Positions 9,681 through 19,012 of a stretch of 64,000 nt of DNA are shown in pieces. The position numbers and the translations under genes are program-made. The notes beneath the pieces are model-generated. The model worked only from the letters and a program-made list of their open reading frames with translations. It was not told where the DNA came from and searched no databases. Source of the stretch: Thermoanaerobaculia bacterium (GTDB lineage Bacteria > Acidobacteriota > Thermoanaerobaculia > UBA5066). Location of the stretch: contig CAVRAY010000002.1 of NCBI GenBank assembly GCA_963719225.1, forward strand, positions 390,077 through 454,076. Direction: 5' to 3'. Position 1 is the first letter of the stretch, and every line of letters begins with the position of its first letter.

Positions 9681-12600
9681 TCACTTCGGCAGGTCGACGA
9701 TCGCGAACCGCCCCTCGAGGTCCGCGACGAAGAGGCGGCTCTTGGGAAGGAGCGCGAGGCCCGAGGGCTTCTCGAACTTCTGGCCCTCCGGCTGGTCCTT
9801 TCCCTTGAGCGTCGTGACGAGCCGGCCTTCGTTCGTGTAGGCGCGAATTTCGCCGGCGAGAGGCACCGAGACCCACAGGAGTCCCTTCGAATCGACCGCG
9901 AGGTACGGCTCGGACATGACCTCGCGCCGCCAGCCGGGGACGTCGAAGGCGCGCAGGAACCCCCCGTTGCGGTCGAAGACCACGATGCGGCCGTTTCCGT
10001 TGTCGGCGACGTAGACGTTACCGTCCTTTCCGGCGGCGATTCCCTGCGGGTCGGCGAGCTTGCCGGGCTCCGTCGTTCCCCACTCGGCCTCTTTGTGTCC
10101 GAAGCCGTCGAAGCGGACGACGCGCCCGTTCCCCGTGTCCGCGACGAAGACCGAGCCGGCCGCGTCCACGGCGATCCCGCGCGGTCCGAAGAAGCCGCCG
10201 GCCCATTCGCGCAGCCAGGTGCCCTTCTCGTCGAAGACCTGTACGCGGCCGTTCCACGTGTCGGCCACGAAGACGAGACCCGACGGGCTCACCGCCACGC
10301 CGCACGGATCGTTGAATTGTCCGGGCCCGCTGCCACGCGTTCCGAGCGCCAGGAGGAAGACCCCGTCCGGTCCGAAGAGCTGCACTCTCTGGTTTCCGAA
10401 GTCCGCGACCCAGACGCGCCCGCGAGCGTCCGATGCCGCCCCGCGCGGCTGGCGCACGCGGCCCGCGGCGTCGGCCGGCGGCGAGGGAGTCGCCTGCTCT
10501 TTTCGCGGCGCGGAGGGAAGCTCCTCCACGCGCACCGGCGCCGCCGCGACGCCCGGCGCGAAGACGCCCTTCACCGCGAAGAGGACCATCTCCGGATTCC
10601 GGTAGACGGGCGTGAGGAGATCCGTCCACGACTCGAACCGCGCCAGATTTCCGCCGGCGTAGATCCGGCGTTCGAGGTTCCCGACGGCCACGAGGGCCAC
10701 GTGGTACCTCAGGAGGATCCGCCTCACGGCTTCCTCCTCGGCGAGGGTGTACGCCGCCGTGACGTCCGCCTTGCGGCGGTCGATCTCGGGCTGCGCGTGG
10801 CCGCGCTGGAACACGTGGTAGTCCCATCCCAGGACGGTGGGAAGCCCCGTATTCATCGAGAGGCGGGTGAAGTCCTGGTACGACGGGCCCTGCGCCTCGA
10901 GGAGCACGGGCAGACCCTTTACGTTCTCGTTGATCCACTCGATCGCCCCGCGGTCGGAGGGGTTCTGCTTCTCGAGATAGGCCGTCCCGTCCAGGGTGAA
11001 GCGCGGCCAGCCGCCACGGTCGAGCCGTAGGAACCCCGCGAACGCCGTGACGGTCGTGTACAGGGCAGCGAAGCCCGCGAGGACGATCGCAGCGCGCCAG
11101 GCGATCGATTTCGAAGCCCGGAACGTCTCCCAGGCGAGAGCTCCCGCGAGGGAGAAGAGAAGCCACGTCTCGAAGTGGAACTTGAAGATCGTGTTCATCC
11201 GGTCCCACACGTAGATGACCTCGCAGCCCGTCAGGATCGCGAAGCCGAACGCGGTGAGCGCGAGAGCGGGACGCAGGCGGTCATCGGTCGGCCGGCGGAG
11301 CGCCGCGAGGAGGGTGACGAGGAAGGCGACCGCCGTGAAGAAACCCGAGGACGGCGTCTCGGCGAGCCGTGGCGGATGGAGAGACAAGGACACGAGGGAG
11401 AGCGGGAGGGCGACCGCCGCGAGGACGAGGAACGCCTTCGCCGCTCTCCCGACGGGGGCGGCGCTTTGCTTCCAAGCGACGAAGGCGAACGGGACGAGGA
11501 GCGCCACGAAGAACGCCCAGACGTTGAAGAAATCCCAGGGTTGCGCCCAGGGGCCGACCTCGCGCCCCCAGTTCCGCGGCGGGGGCGAGAACCGCGCCCA
11601 GAACGGACGCGCGAGGAGCGCCCCCAGGAGGACGACTCCCGCCGCCGGCAGGAAGACGCGGGCCACGAGTGCCTGGGCCGAGCCGGCGAACCCGGCGGGA
11701 CGCGTCCCGAGCCAGAGAACTCCGGGCAGGAAGAGGAGAAGGCACGTGTAGACGGGAATCGACCAGCCGTTCGTGATCTGGAGCGCGGCGAAGAGGAGAC
11801 CGGAAAGACCGACGAGCGCGATCGCATGACGGGAAGCGAAAGGAGCCTGCCGGTCGCGTGTGACGAAGAGAAGAAGGGCCGCGACGAAGGCCGCGGTGAA
11901 GGGCAGCGCGAAGACGTGCGCGTGCAGGTCCGCGAAGAGGAAGCTCCAGAACGGGTACTCGTTGATGGCGTTCGGCGCGATGACGCGCGACGTGGCCCAG
12001 AAGTAGTGCCAGTCGAGGGCGCGGCCGGCCTGGCGGAAATGGAAGTCGAACGCCGTCCGCGGTCCGGACGGAGGCGCGAGAAAGAGCGCAAGGAGAACGG
12101 CGACCGCGCCGGTGCGAAGGCGGCCCCCGAGTGCGGCGCCGGCGGCGAGGATCGCGGACGCCGAGAGCGCCGCCGTCATCGCGATCGCGAGGTTGAAGAG
12201 GATGCCCGGATGAATGCCGAGGAGCTTTCCCGCCGCCGCAGCCAGGAAATGGCCGAAATACGTGTACGAGAGCGGCGTGCCGGCGAGCCAGGGCTCGGGC
12301 GGAGGAAGCTCCGTGGACCTCAGGAGCGTGTTCAGGAACGAGAAGTCCATCGGCTTCTCGCCCGAAAAGATCTCCGGGTTCAGGGCGCGCACGGCGAGGA
12401 AGAACAGGAACGTGCCCCAGAAGACGAGCGCCGTCTTCCGGCGCTCGGGCGTCGGCGTGGCCTCGCGCGCCCGGCGGCGACCGGAGAAGCCGGCGAAAAG
12501 GAGCGCGAGAGTCGTGACGGCGAGAAGTCCGCGCGTGAACGGGGCGACGCGCCACGCGACGAGGAGCCAGGGCACGAACGCGAAGAGGAGGACGCCAGTG

Positions 12601-14492
12601 ACGCGACCGAGAGCCTCCCGCCCCGGACGCGCCGGAAGAAGAGCCGACAGGATCCCCGCGCCGGCCAGGCCCGTGAGCTCGAGCCACGCCGCGAAAAGGA
12701 GTAACGCGAGGAGGGAAGACCGCAGGCCCGGAAGGCCCCGTCCCGTTTCGGCGCTTTCCGCGATCGCCGGCGCCGAGACCGCGGGACGCGCGAGGAGAAG
12801 GTCGTTCCTCGTGAGGGTCTTCGAAGGTGTGGCGGAAAGGAAGGCTTTCTCGATCGCTTCGGCGGGCATGCGCTTCGTGTTCTCGAAGAACACGACTTTC
12901 GGGTGGTCGTAGACGGTGAACGACTCGTCCGCGAGCTCGTCGGGGATCCGGATCCCCAGGAGCGACGGGCGCGAGGCGACCTCCCGTTGGAGCGTGTAGC
13001 CCAGGTCGCCGGAAAAAAGGAGGCGGAAGGCGCGGTTCGTGAGAGGGAACTTCTCGGGTGCGCGCGTGACGGCGCCGTAGAGTCGCTTCGTCTGGAGGAC
13101 CAGCCAGTCCGCTTCGCCAAGCTCCCGCGCGAGCTTGGACATCTTCTCGGGCGAGTCGGGCTCGTAGAAGCCGAACGTGACGATCCTGTAGCGCTCGGCG
13201 AGGCGGCCCGGAAGGCTGAACGGGAACCCTTCGTCCCAGTCCTGCTCGAGAACCCGCGCGCCGTCCCGGACGTGGTCGTGAAACCACAGTGACGCCGTGA
13301 CGGAGCTGTGCGGACGCGTGTAGATCGAAAGGAACGCGAGGGCCCACGCGGCGGTCCCGCCCACGACGAGGACTCGCAGCGCGCGTCCCGCGCGTCCCTG
13401 CCCGGCCTTCTCGGTGAGCCAGGCCGCCGCCCAGAGAGCGAGGAGTGGATAAACGGGGAGGAGGTACCGCAGGAACTTGACCTCGAAGGTGCACGTCAGG
13501 AAGACGTAAGGCACGAAGAACGAGGCGAGGATCCACTCGGCCGGCGAAAGGGCGCGGAAGCGTCCGAGGCGCCGTCCGGCCGCCCAGAGGGCGGTGAGGC
13601 CGAGGAACGGCCCGAGGCCCCAGAGCACGATCTCCCGGGCCTCGTACAGGAAGTTCGGGACGCCGATGTACTGGTTCGTGTACGGCACGATTCCGGCGTG
13701 GCGGACCATCGCGCCCTGCTCGGACACCGAGCGCCAGAACTCGCGGAAGTCGAGAAACGCGTAAGGCTCGCCGAGAAAGAACGCGGCGAAGGCCGCGACG
13801 CCGCCGATCGCGAGCAGAAACGCCCCCCGGCCCCAGGCGCGCGCCGGCCGGCACGCGAGAAAGACGGCGACGGCGAGCGGAAGGAAAAGCGGCGCCGCGC
13901 TCGCCTTCGTCGCGAGCGCGAAACCGGTGAGCGCGCCGGCGAGAAGGGCGTCGCGCGAGCGCCCCCTGAGCCCGAGGCGGACCGAAGCGGCGAGCGCGAG
14001 GAGGACGAAGAGCGTCAGCGTCACGTCCGTGGCGGCGAAGTGCGACGTCTGGAGGTGGAGGACGGAAAGCGCGAGAAGGAGGCCCGCGAGGAGGCCCGCC
14101 TTTTCGCCGTAGACGCGTCGGCCGATGGCCGCGACGAGAAGGACGGTCAGGGCCCCGGCGAGGGCCGACAGGAAGCGGCCGACGTGGATGACCCCGTCGT
14201 AGGAGGCGAACCACCCCCGGCCGGTCACCTCGACGAGGAGCGCGGACGCCGCCTTCGTGAGATAGAAGGGCAGCGAGCCGTACGCGAAAAAGTGCGGGTT
14301 GAGCTGGAGCGGGTGGAACGAGAGCTTGAGGATCGCGTCGCCGATGGCGCGCTCGTCCGGGTGGAAGAAGTGGTTCTGGTCGAAGTCCAGCCCGACGAGG
14401 CGGATGACGAAGGCGAACAGGGCCAGAAGAAGCAGGGGTGTGCGGAACGCTCGCGGCGACGGGGCGGGTCCCGCGGGCTCTGACGGGATCAT
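9681..14492 (-). CDS. Giant integral-membrane fusion: GT-C (PMT/ArnT/GT39-like) module + DUF2298/YYY-type membrane module + C-terminal NHL-repeat beta-propeller
   Basis: Likely start is MIPSEPAGP… at ~14492; the tabulated start at 14588 would overlap the divergent SGNH gene. More than 25 predicted TM helices. First periplasmic loop carries 'HPDERAIGDA', a GT-C-type D-E motif. The second module contains 'LGWDYHVFQRG', reminiscent of DUF2298/oligosaccharyltransferase WWDYG-like motifs. The C-terminus has at least 5 NHL repeats (…RVWVADFGNQRVQLFGPDG…, GLVFVADTWNGRVQVFD, SVFVADTGNGRVVRFD, NVYVADNGNGRIVVFD). Confidence 0.6.
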   Translation of the reverse strand: MIPSEPAGPAPSPRAFRTPLLLLALFAFVIRLVGLDFDQNHFFHPDERAIGDAILKLSFHPLQLNPHFFAYGSLPFYLTKAASALLVEVTGRGWFASYDGVIHVGRFLSALAGALTVLLVAAIGRRVYGEKAGLLAGLLLALSVLHLQTSHFAATDVTLTLFVLLALAASVRLGLRGRSRDALLAGALTGFALATKASAAPLFLPLAVAVFLACRPARAWGRGAFLLAIGGVAAFAAFFLGEPYAFLDFREFWRSVSEQGAMVRHAGIVPYTNQYIGVPNFLYEAREIVLWGLGPFLGLTALWAAGRRLGRFRALSPAEWILASFFVPYVFLTCTFEVKFLRYLLPVYPLLALWAAAWLTEKAGQGRAGRALRVLVVGGTAAWALAFLSIYTRPHSSVTASLWFHDHVRDGARVLEQDWDEGFPFSLPGRLAERYRIVTFGFYEPDSPEKMSKLARELGEADWLVLQTKRLYGAVTRAPEKFPLTNRAFRLLFSGDLGYTLQREVASRPSLLGIRIPDELADESFTVYDHPKVVFFENTKRMPAEAIEKAFLSATPSKTLTRNDLLLARPAVSAPAIAESAETGRGLPGLRSSLLALLLFAAWLELTGLAGAGILSALLPARPGREALGRVTGVLLFAFVPWLLVAWRVAPFTRGLLAVTTLALLFAGFSGRRRAREATPTPERRKTALVFWGTFLFFLAVRALNPEIFSGEKPMDFSFLNTLLRSTELPPPEPWLAGTPLSYTYFGHFLAAAAGKLLGIHPGILFNLAIAMTAALSASAILAAGAALGGRLRTGAVAVLLALFLAPPSGPRTAFDFHFRQAGRALDWHYFWATSRVIAPNAINEYPFWSFLFADLHAHVFALPFTAAFVAALLLFVTRDRQAPFASRHAIALVGLSGLLFAALQITNGWSIPVYTCLLLFLPGVLWLGTRPAGFAGSAQALVARVFLPAAGVVLLGALLARPFWARFSPPPRNWGREVGPWAQPWDFFNVWAFFVALLVPFAFVAWKQSAAPVGRAAKAFLVLAAVALPLSLVSLSLHPPRLAETPSSGFFTAVAFLVTLLAALRRPTDDRLRPALALTAFGFAILTGCEVIYVWDRMNTIFKFHFETWLLFSLAGALAWETFRASKSIAWRAAIVLAGFAALYTTVTAFAGFLRLDRGGWPRFTLDGTAYLEKQNPSDRGAIEWINENVKGLPVLLEAQGPSYQDFTRLSMNTGLPTVLGWDYHVFQRGHAQPEIDRRKADVTAAYTLAEEEAVRRILLRYHVALVAVGNLERRIYAGGNLARFESWTDLLTPVYRNPEMVLFAVKGVFAPGVAAAPVRVEELPSAPRKEQATPSPPADAAGRVRQPRGAASDARGRVWVADFGNQRVQLFGPDGVFLLALGTRGSGPGQFNDPCGVAVSPSGLVFVADTWNGRVQVFDEKGTWLREWAGGFFGPRGIAVDAAGSVFVADTGNGRVVRFDGFGHKEAEWGTTEPGKLADPQGIAAGKDGNVYVADNGNGRIVVFDRNGGFLRAFDVPGWRREVMSEPYLAVDSKGLLWVSVPLAGEIRAYTNEGRLVTTLKGKDQPEGQKFEKPSGLALLPKSRLFVADLEGRFAIVDLPK

Positions 14493-14515
14493 TTCGCTTA
14501 AGATAGCGGGAAGAA

Positions 14516-15715
14516 GTGTACGACACGGATTTCGGGCCGAGCAGGCGCCCGCTCGCCGCCAACCTCGCCCTCCTGCTCGGCTCGACACTCGTGGCCCTCG
14601 CCCTCTGCGAGGTCGGCGCGCGCCTCCTTCTTCCCCCGCCCCAGACGGTCGAGGTCGAACAGAAGAAGGAGGCCTACGAAGCCCCGAAGGGCTTCGAGCG
14701 GCTCGAAACGCAGGCGGACAAGTCGATCGACTCCGTCGTCCTCTTCGGCGGTCCCCACGGCGTGAGGCTGCGACCGAACACGCACGGTGAGATTCATCAA
14801 CACGTCCTGAGCCGCCGCGACGTCGTCATCGACGTCAACTCGCTCGGCCTGAGATACCCCGAGCTCCCGCCCAAGGCCTCCGACGAGTTTCGCGTCCTCG
14901 TCCTCGGGGACTCGATCACGTTCGGCGACTTCGTCCTCGAGGAAGAGACGTGGACGCGCCGGATGGAGGCGCTGACCAAGGGCAGGAAGAAGATCGTTCG
15001 TTTCATCAACGCGGGCCTGCCGGGAGCCGGCACGGCCGAGGAGCTCTCTCTCTTCCGCGAGATCGGACCGAGCGTGAAGCCCGATCTCGTCCTCGTCGGG
15101 ATGTATCTCAACGACGCGCAGTCGGGAAGCCTCTTCTTCGCGAAGAAGCTCCCGGGGGTGTGGGGAAAGAGTCGATTCCTGTCCTTCCTGTCGGACCGCT
15201 TCCAGCTCCTCGACACCCGCTTTTTCAAGAGCGCTCTCCCCGGGGCGATCGATCCCGGCTGGAAGGAGACGTTCCGTGCGGGGCGGGATCTGAAGTCCGG
15301 CGACATGTTCGGGACGCGCGTCGGGTTCGACTTCGAGATCTACAACGCCTACATGGACTTCGGCCTCGGCTGGAACCCGAAGGCCTGGAAGGTCCTCGAG
15401 CCGATCACGGCTGCGCTTCGCGACGACGTGAACAGGGAGTCCGCCCGCCTTGCCGTCCTGCTGTTTCCCGTGCACATCCAGGTGTTGGGGACCGTCGAGA
15501 GGTTCGAGCCCCAGGAGAGCTGCCGGGAGATGTGCGCGCGCCTCCACGTCCCGTTCGACGACCCCGTTCCCGAGCTGCGCAGGACCTGGCAGTCCAGGCA
15601 CGAGAGGCTCTTCTACGACCACTGCCACTACACGCCGGCGGGCTACGAGGTCCTCGCGAGGCAGACGGTGGACTTTCTGGACGCTGAAAAACTGATTCCC
15701 CCGCCGGTCCGCTAG
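14516..15715 (+). CDS. Membrane-anchored SGNH/GDSL-family hydrolase (esterase or acyltransferase-like)
   Basis: N-terminal TM anchor. Block I 'FRVLVLGDSITFGDF' (GDS motif). C-terminal 'DHCHYTPAGY' (catalytic D-x-x-H). Only ~23 bp separate it from the divergent giant GT-C gene. Confidence 0.7.
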   Translation: MYDTDFGPSRRPLAANLALLLGSTLVALALCEVGARLLLPPPQTVEVEQKKEAYEAPKGFERLETQADKSIDSVVLFGGPHGVRLRPNTHGEIHQHVLSRRDVVIDVNSLGLRYPELPPKASDEFRVLVLGDSITFGDFVLEEETWTRRMEALTKGRKKIVRFINAGLPGAGTAEELSLFREIGPSVKPDLVLVGMYLNDAQSGSLFFAKKLPGVWGKSRFLSFLSDRFQLLDTRFFKSALPGAIDPGWKETFRAGRDLKSGDMFGTRVGFDFEIYNAYMDFGLGWNPKAWKVLEPITAALRDDVNRESARLAVLLFPVHIQVLGTVERFEPQESCREMCARLHVPFDDPVPELRRTWQSRHERLFYDHCHYTPAGYEVLARQTVDFLDAEKLIPPPVR

Positions 15716-15718
15716 CTC

Positions 15719-18700
15719 ATGAAGAAGGCGAGGCTCCGCGATTCGTTGCCGCTCGCCACCGCCTTCGCCGCCTCTTTCGCGCTGCTTTGCGCCGTGGCGT
15801 TCCAGGGCCGCGGCGAAGCGGCCCGGGGCGACCGCGTCCTCGGCGCGCTCGACGGCCTCGCGTTTCGCTTTCGCGCCTCGGCGACCGTTCTTCTTCCCTG
15901 GGCGTATGCGCACCGTTCCGGGTGCGCGCTTTTCGCGACGCTCCTTCTCGTGACGATCGCGGCGGCCGCGTGCGCGCGCGGAGGCCGGCGCGGAATCCCG
16001 GCAGCGCTCCTGTCCGGAGCCCTGGCCGCCGCCGCCTGGGGCGAGATCCTCCTTCTCGAAGGCGCGCGCATCGCGGGCTGGACGTTTTTCGCCGCCGCCG
16101 TCCTGGCGGCGGGTATCGCCGCGCACGTTCGACCACTCGCTTCGGTGCCGGGCTTTCCCGCCCTGAGCGCGGAATCCCGCCCCCGGACTTCCGGGGAATG
16201 GGCTCTTCCGGGCTGGACCGAGTCCCTCGGCCTCCTCGCGCTCGTGGTCCTCGCCCTCTTCGCGCGCGCCTGGGCCGTCAACCAGCTTCCCTCCATCTTC
16301 GACGAGGAGATGATCTCCGTCCAGACGCAGAGCCGGACGGCCCACGGCCTGAAGCAGTTCGTGGCGACCGAGTTCGTCGGAACGAGCAACGGCCTCGCGA
16401 CGCCGGCCACGAACCGGGTCGTGTTCGGGGCGCTCGGCGTCTCCCTCTACGCGACGCGCGTCACGGCCCTCGTCTGGGGCCTCGCGGCCGTGCCGCTCTT
16501 CTGGGGTCTCGTCCGACGCCTTTGCGGAGGCCCTCTCGCGACCTTCGGCGCGACGCTCCTCTTCGTCTGCGCCCCCGAGCAGCTCTTCTGGTCGAGGAGC
16601 GAGGTCTCCGTGTTCGCGCCCGTCGCGCCGCTCGGCCTCCTCTTCGCCCACGTGGGCCTGTCGATGGTGGAGCGGTTCGGAGTGGCGCCGGTCGTCCTGG
16701 CGGCGTGCCTGACTCCGGTCTGCCGCTTCTTCTACACGGCGGGCCACGTCTTCTTCGTCTACCCGGCTCTTCTCGCGGGCCACGCCGCGCTCTTCGTGAA
16801 GGGCTTCGCGCGCCGCGCGCTGCGCGCCGTGCCCGTTCTCCTCCTCGGCGTCCTCGTCTGGGGCTTCAGCGTCTCGATCGCCGTCGCCGCGGCCGGCGGC
16901 CCGAGACGGTTCGTCGATCCGGCGCAGGTGCGCGGCGAGCCGGCCTGGCGGGCCGGGTTCCCCGCAAACGCTTCGGCGGCGGAGGTCCTGCGCGGGCAGG
17001 CATCGCGCGTCGCGGGGAATCTCGTGAGCGTGGGCGCGAGCCTGACGGCGCACCAGGCATACGCGACCCACTGGTACGAGCGCTACACCGTCGTGCCCGC
17101 AAAAGATCCGATGGTCCCGGTGGGGCTCACGATCCTCGCGACCGTCGGCTTCGGCACTCTCCTCGGCCAGATCGCGGAGCGACGCGCCGCCCTCGTTCTC
17201 TTCTGGCTCGGTCTCGGCCTCCTGCCCGGCGTCCTTTCGGACGAGCCGGACGCCCGGCGGCTCTCGGTCATCTTCGTCCCGATCCTCCTGCTCGCCGCGA
17301 TCGCCGTGACGACCTGGGTCCGCCTCGCGCGCGACGCCGGCGGCCGCGCCGCCGGCCACTTCGCGTGCGTGGGTGCGGGTCTCGCGATCGCGTGCGTCGC
17401 GGCGTCGGGCCTCGCGTCGAATCTGCTCCTCCCGGTCGCGCCGCTCGTGCGGGACGAGCAGATCCGCTTCGCACGCCCGCTCGTCGAAAAGAGCGACGTC
17501 GTCCTCCACAACCTCTTCTACCGGTTTGGCAAGACTCTCGAGTTCGGCTTCCTCGACCGGCTGCTCGCGCCCTCCGGGCCGTGTCTGCAGTTCGTCGACC
17601 GCGGCGACGAGCTCCTTTCGCTCCTGACGCCGAGGTGCGACTTCACCGAGGAGGTCTACGATCTGACGCTCGCGCCCGCCGAGATCGAGAAGAGGCGGCG
17701 CGCTCACCGCGCTTTGCGAGTGTCGTATCTCTTTCGCGACACGCCGTCCGCCCGAAAGGCCGTGGCCCTTCTCCCCGCGGTGGACAGCGGAGCGCGCGTC
17801 CTGGAACGCGACTGGCCCTCCATGGGAGAGCGGCTCATGGCCTTCGAGGTGAATCCCGGAGCCCTCCGCGCCGCAACGGCGCCCCAGGAGTCTCCGACCG
17901 GGGTCTCCGGCGGCTTCCTGGTGCCCAAGCCGGGATGGTACCGGCTCGTTCTGTCTCCGCCCTGCCCGGCCGCGCGGGTCGCGGCGCTCGGTTCGCGTTG
18001 GAACGGAGAAGAGGAGCGACCCCTGCTTCCGGGCATCTTTCCCTTCGAGATCTCGGGCCCGACGGCCTGCGCGTCGAGTGCGCGGCCGTATCTCGTGACC
18101 TCGGGCACCGACACACCCTTCGCGCCCGCCCTGACGACACCCGCCCTCGCCCTTTTTCCCGAGACGCGGGGCACCGAGCCGGTCCCGTTCGCGGGCTGGT
18201 CCCGCGCGCGTATCGTCCTGCGCACGGCGGATCGGATCTCGGACTTCGGCGTCGACCGCGAAGGGCGGCTGTACGCGCTCTTCCTGCGCGACCAGGCGTG
18301 GGAAATCCGCCGATATTCGCGCGGCGGTGCCGAGACGAAGCGCGTGCGCGCGGACCTGCCGCTCGACGCGAGCACGGGGACGCTTCTCGTCGAGCCGGAC
18401 GGTGGTTGCATCGCTTTTTCGCTCCGGACTTTCGAGCGCTTCGACGAGGACCTCGTGCGCCGGGAGCACTGGGAGCTTCCGGGCGGGCGCAGCGGCTCTC
18501 ACGCGGCGCGCCTCCCGGGCGGACGGCTTGCCGTTCTGACCGGAACCTTTCTCGAGATCCTGAACCCGGCGGGGCGCGTCGAAAGTACGTGGGGGTCCGA
18601 GGGAGAGTCGACCGGCCAGTTCGAGCTGCCGATCGCCGTGACGTTCGCGGACGAAAGGCTCGCGGTCGTCGAGGAGGCGGGGAACGTGCACGTGTTCCGC

Positions 18701-19012
18701 CTGACCGAAAACCCGATCACGTTGAAGAGAGAGAGCCGGTTCCAGCTCGCCTTCGCGCGCGAGCCGCATTCCGAGTATCTCCGCGGCGCCGCGCTCGACG
18801 GGTCGAGGCTCCTCGTTCCGTACAACCCCGCCGAATTGCCGCTCATCGTGGATCTCCAGGGCACCCGCCTGATGCCGGCGCGATCCACGAGCGACCTCCA
18901 TCGCCAGGACCTCGCCTGGCCCTACCGCTTTTCGCACCTGCCGCGCGAGCTTTACGTTCTCGACGCGGTCGACTCCGCGATCCACGTCCTGACGCCGGGC
19001 GAGGCGCCGTGA
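15719..19012 (+). CDS. Polytopic membrane GT-C-like protein with C-terminal NHL-like beta-propeller region
   Basis: Starts 3 bp after the SGNH stop. Many TM helices. First loop 'LPSIFDEEMISVQTQ' is a candidate D-E motif. C-terminal ~350 aa contain NHL-like repeats (…WGSEGESTGQFELPIAVTFADERLAVVEEAGNVHVFRL…). Confidence 0.5.
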   Translation: MKKARLRDSLPLATAFAASFALLCAVAFQGRGEAARGDRVLGALDGLAFRFRASATVLLPWAYAHRSGCALFATLLLVTIAAAACARGGRRGIPAALLSGALAAAAWGEILLLEGARIAGWTFFAAAVLAAGIAAHVRPLASVPGFPALSAESRPRTSGEWALPGWTESLGLLALVVLALFARAWAVNQLPSIFDEEMISVQTQSRTAHGLKQFVATEFVGTSNGLATPATNRVVFGALGVSLYATRVTALVWGLAAVPLFWGLVRRLCGGPLATFGATLLFVCAPEQLFWSRSEVSVFAPVAPLGLLFAHVGLSMVERFGVAPVVLAACLTPVCRFFYTAGHVFFVYPALLAGHAALFVKGFARRALRAVPVLLLGVLVWGFSVSIAVAAAGGPRRFVDPAQVRGEPAWRAGFPANASAAEVLRGQASRVAGNLVSVGASLTAHQAYATHWYERYTVVPAKDPMVPVGLTILATVGFGTLLGQIAERRAALVLFWLGLGLLPGVLSDEPDARRLSVIFVPILLLAAIAVTTWVRLARDAGGRAAGHFACVGAGLAIACVAASGLASNLLLPVAPLVRDEQIRFARPLVEKSDVVLHNLFYRFGKTLEFGFLDRLLAPSGPCLQFVDRGDELLSLLTPRCDFTEEVYDLTLAPAEIEKRRRAHRALRVSYLFRDTPSARKAVALLPAVDSGARVLERDWPSMGERLMAFEVNPGALRAATAPQESPTGVSGGFLVPKPGWYRLVLSPPCPAARVAALGSRWNGEEERPLLPGIFPFEISGPTACASSARPYLVTSGTDTPFAPALTTPALALFPETRGTEPVPFAGWSRARIVLRTADRISDFGVDREGRLYALFLRDQAWEIRRYSRGGAETKRVRADLPLDASTGTLLVEPDGGCIAFSLRTFERFDEDLVRREHWELPGGRSGSHAARLPGGRLAVLTGTFLEILNPAGRVESTWGSEGESTGQFELPIAVTFADERLAVVEEAGNVHVFRLTENPITLKRESRFQLAFAREPHSEYLRGAALDGSRLLVPYNPAELPLIVDLQGTRLMPARSTSDLHRQDLAWPYRFSHLPRELYVLDAVDSAIHVLTPGEAP

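Noticed and set aside
15787-19008. N-terminal 1070 aa of the tabulated 2022-aa ORF 15787-21855
   Set aside because: Arg-rich wrong-frame read across the real gene 15719-19012. Only the part from the GTG at ~19009 onward encodes a protein with normal composition.
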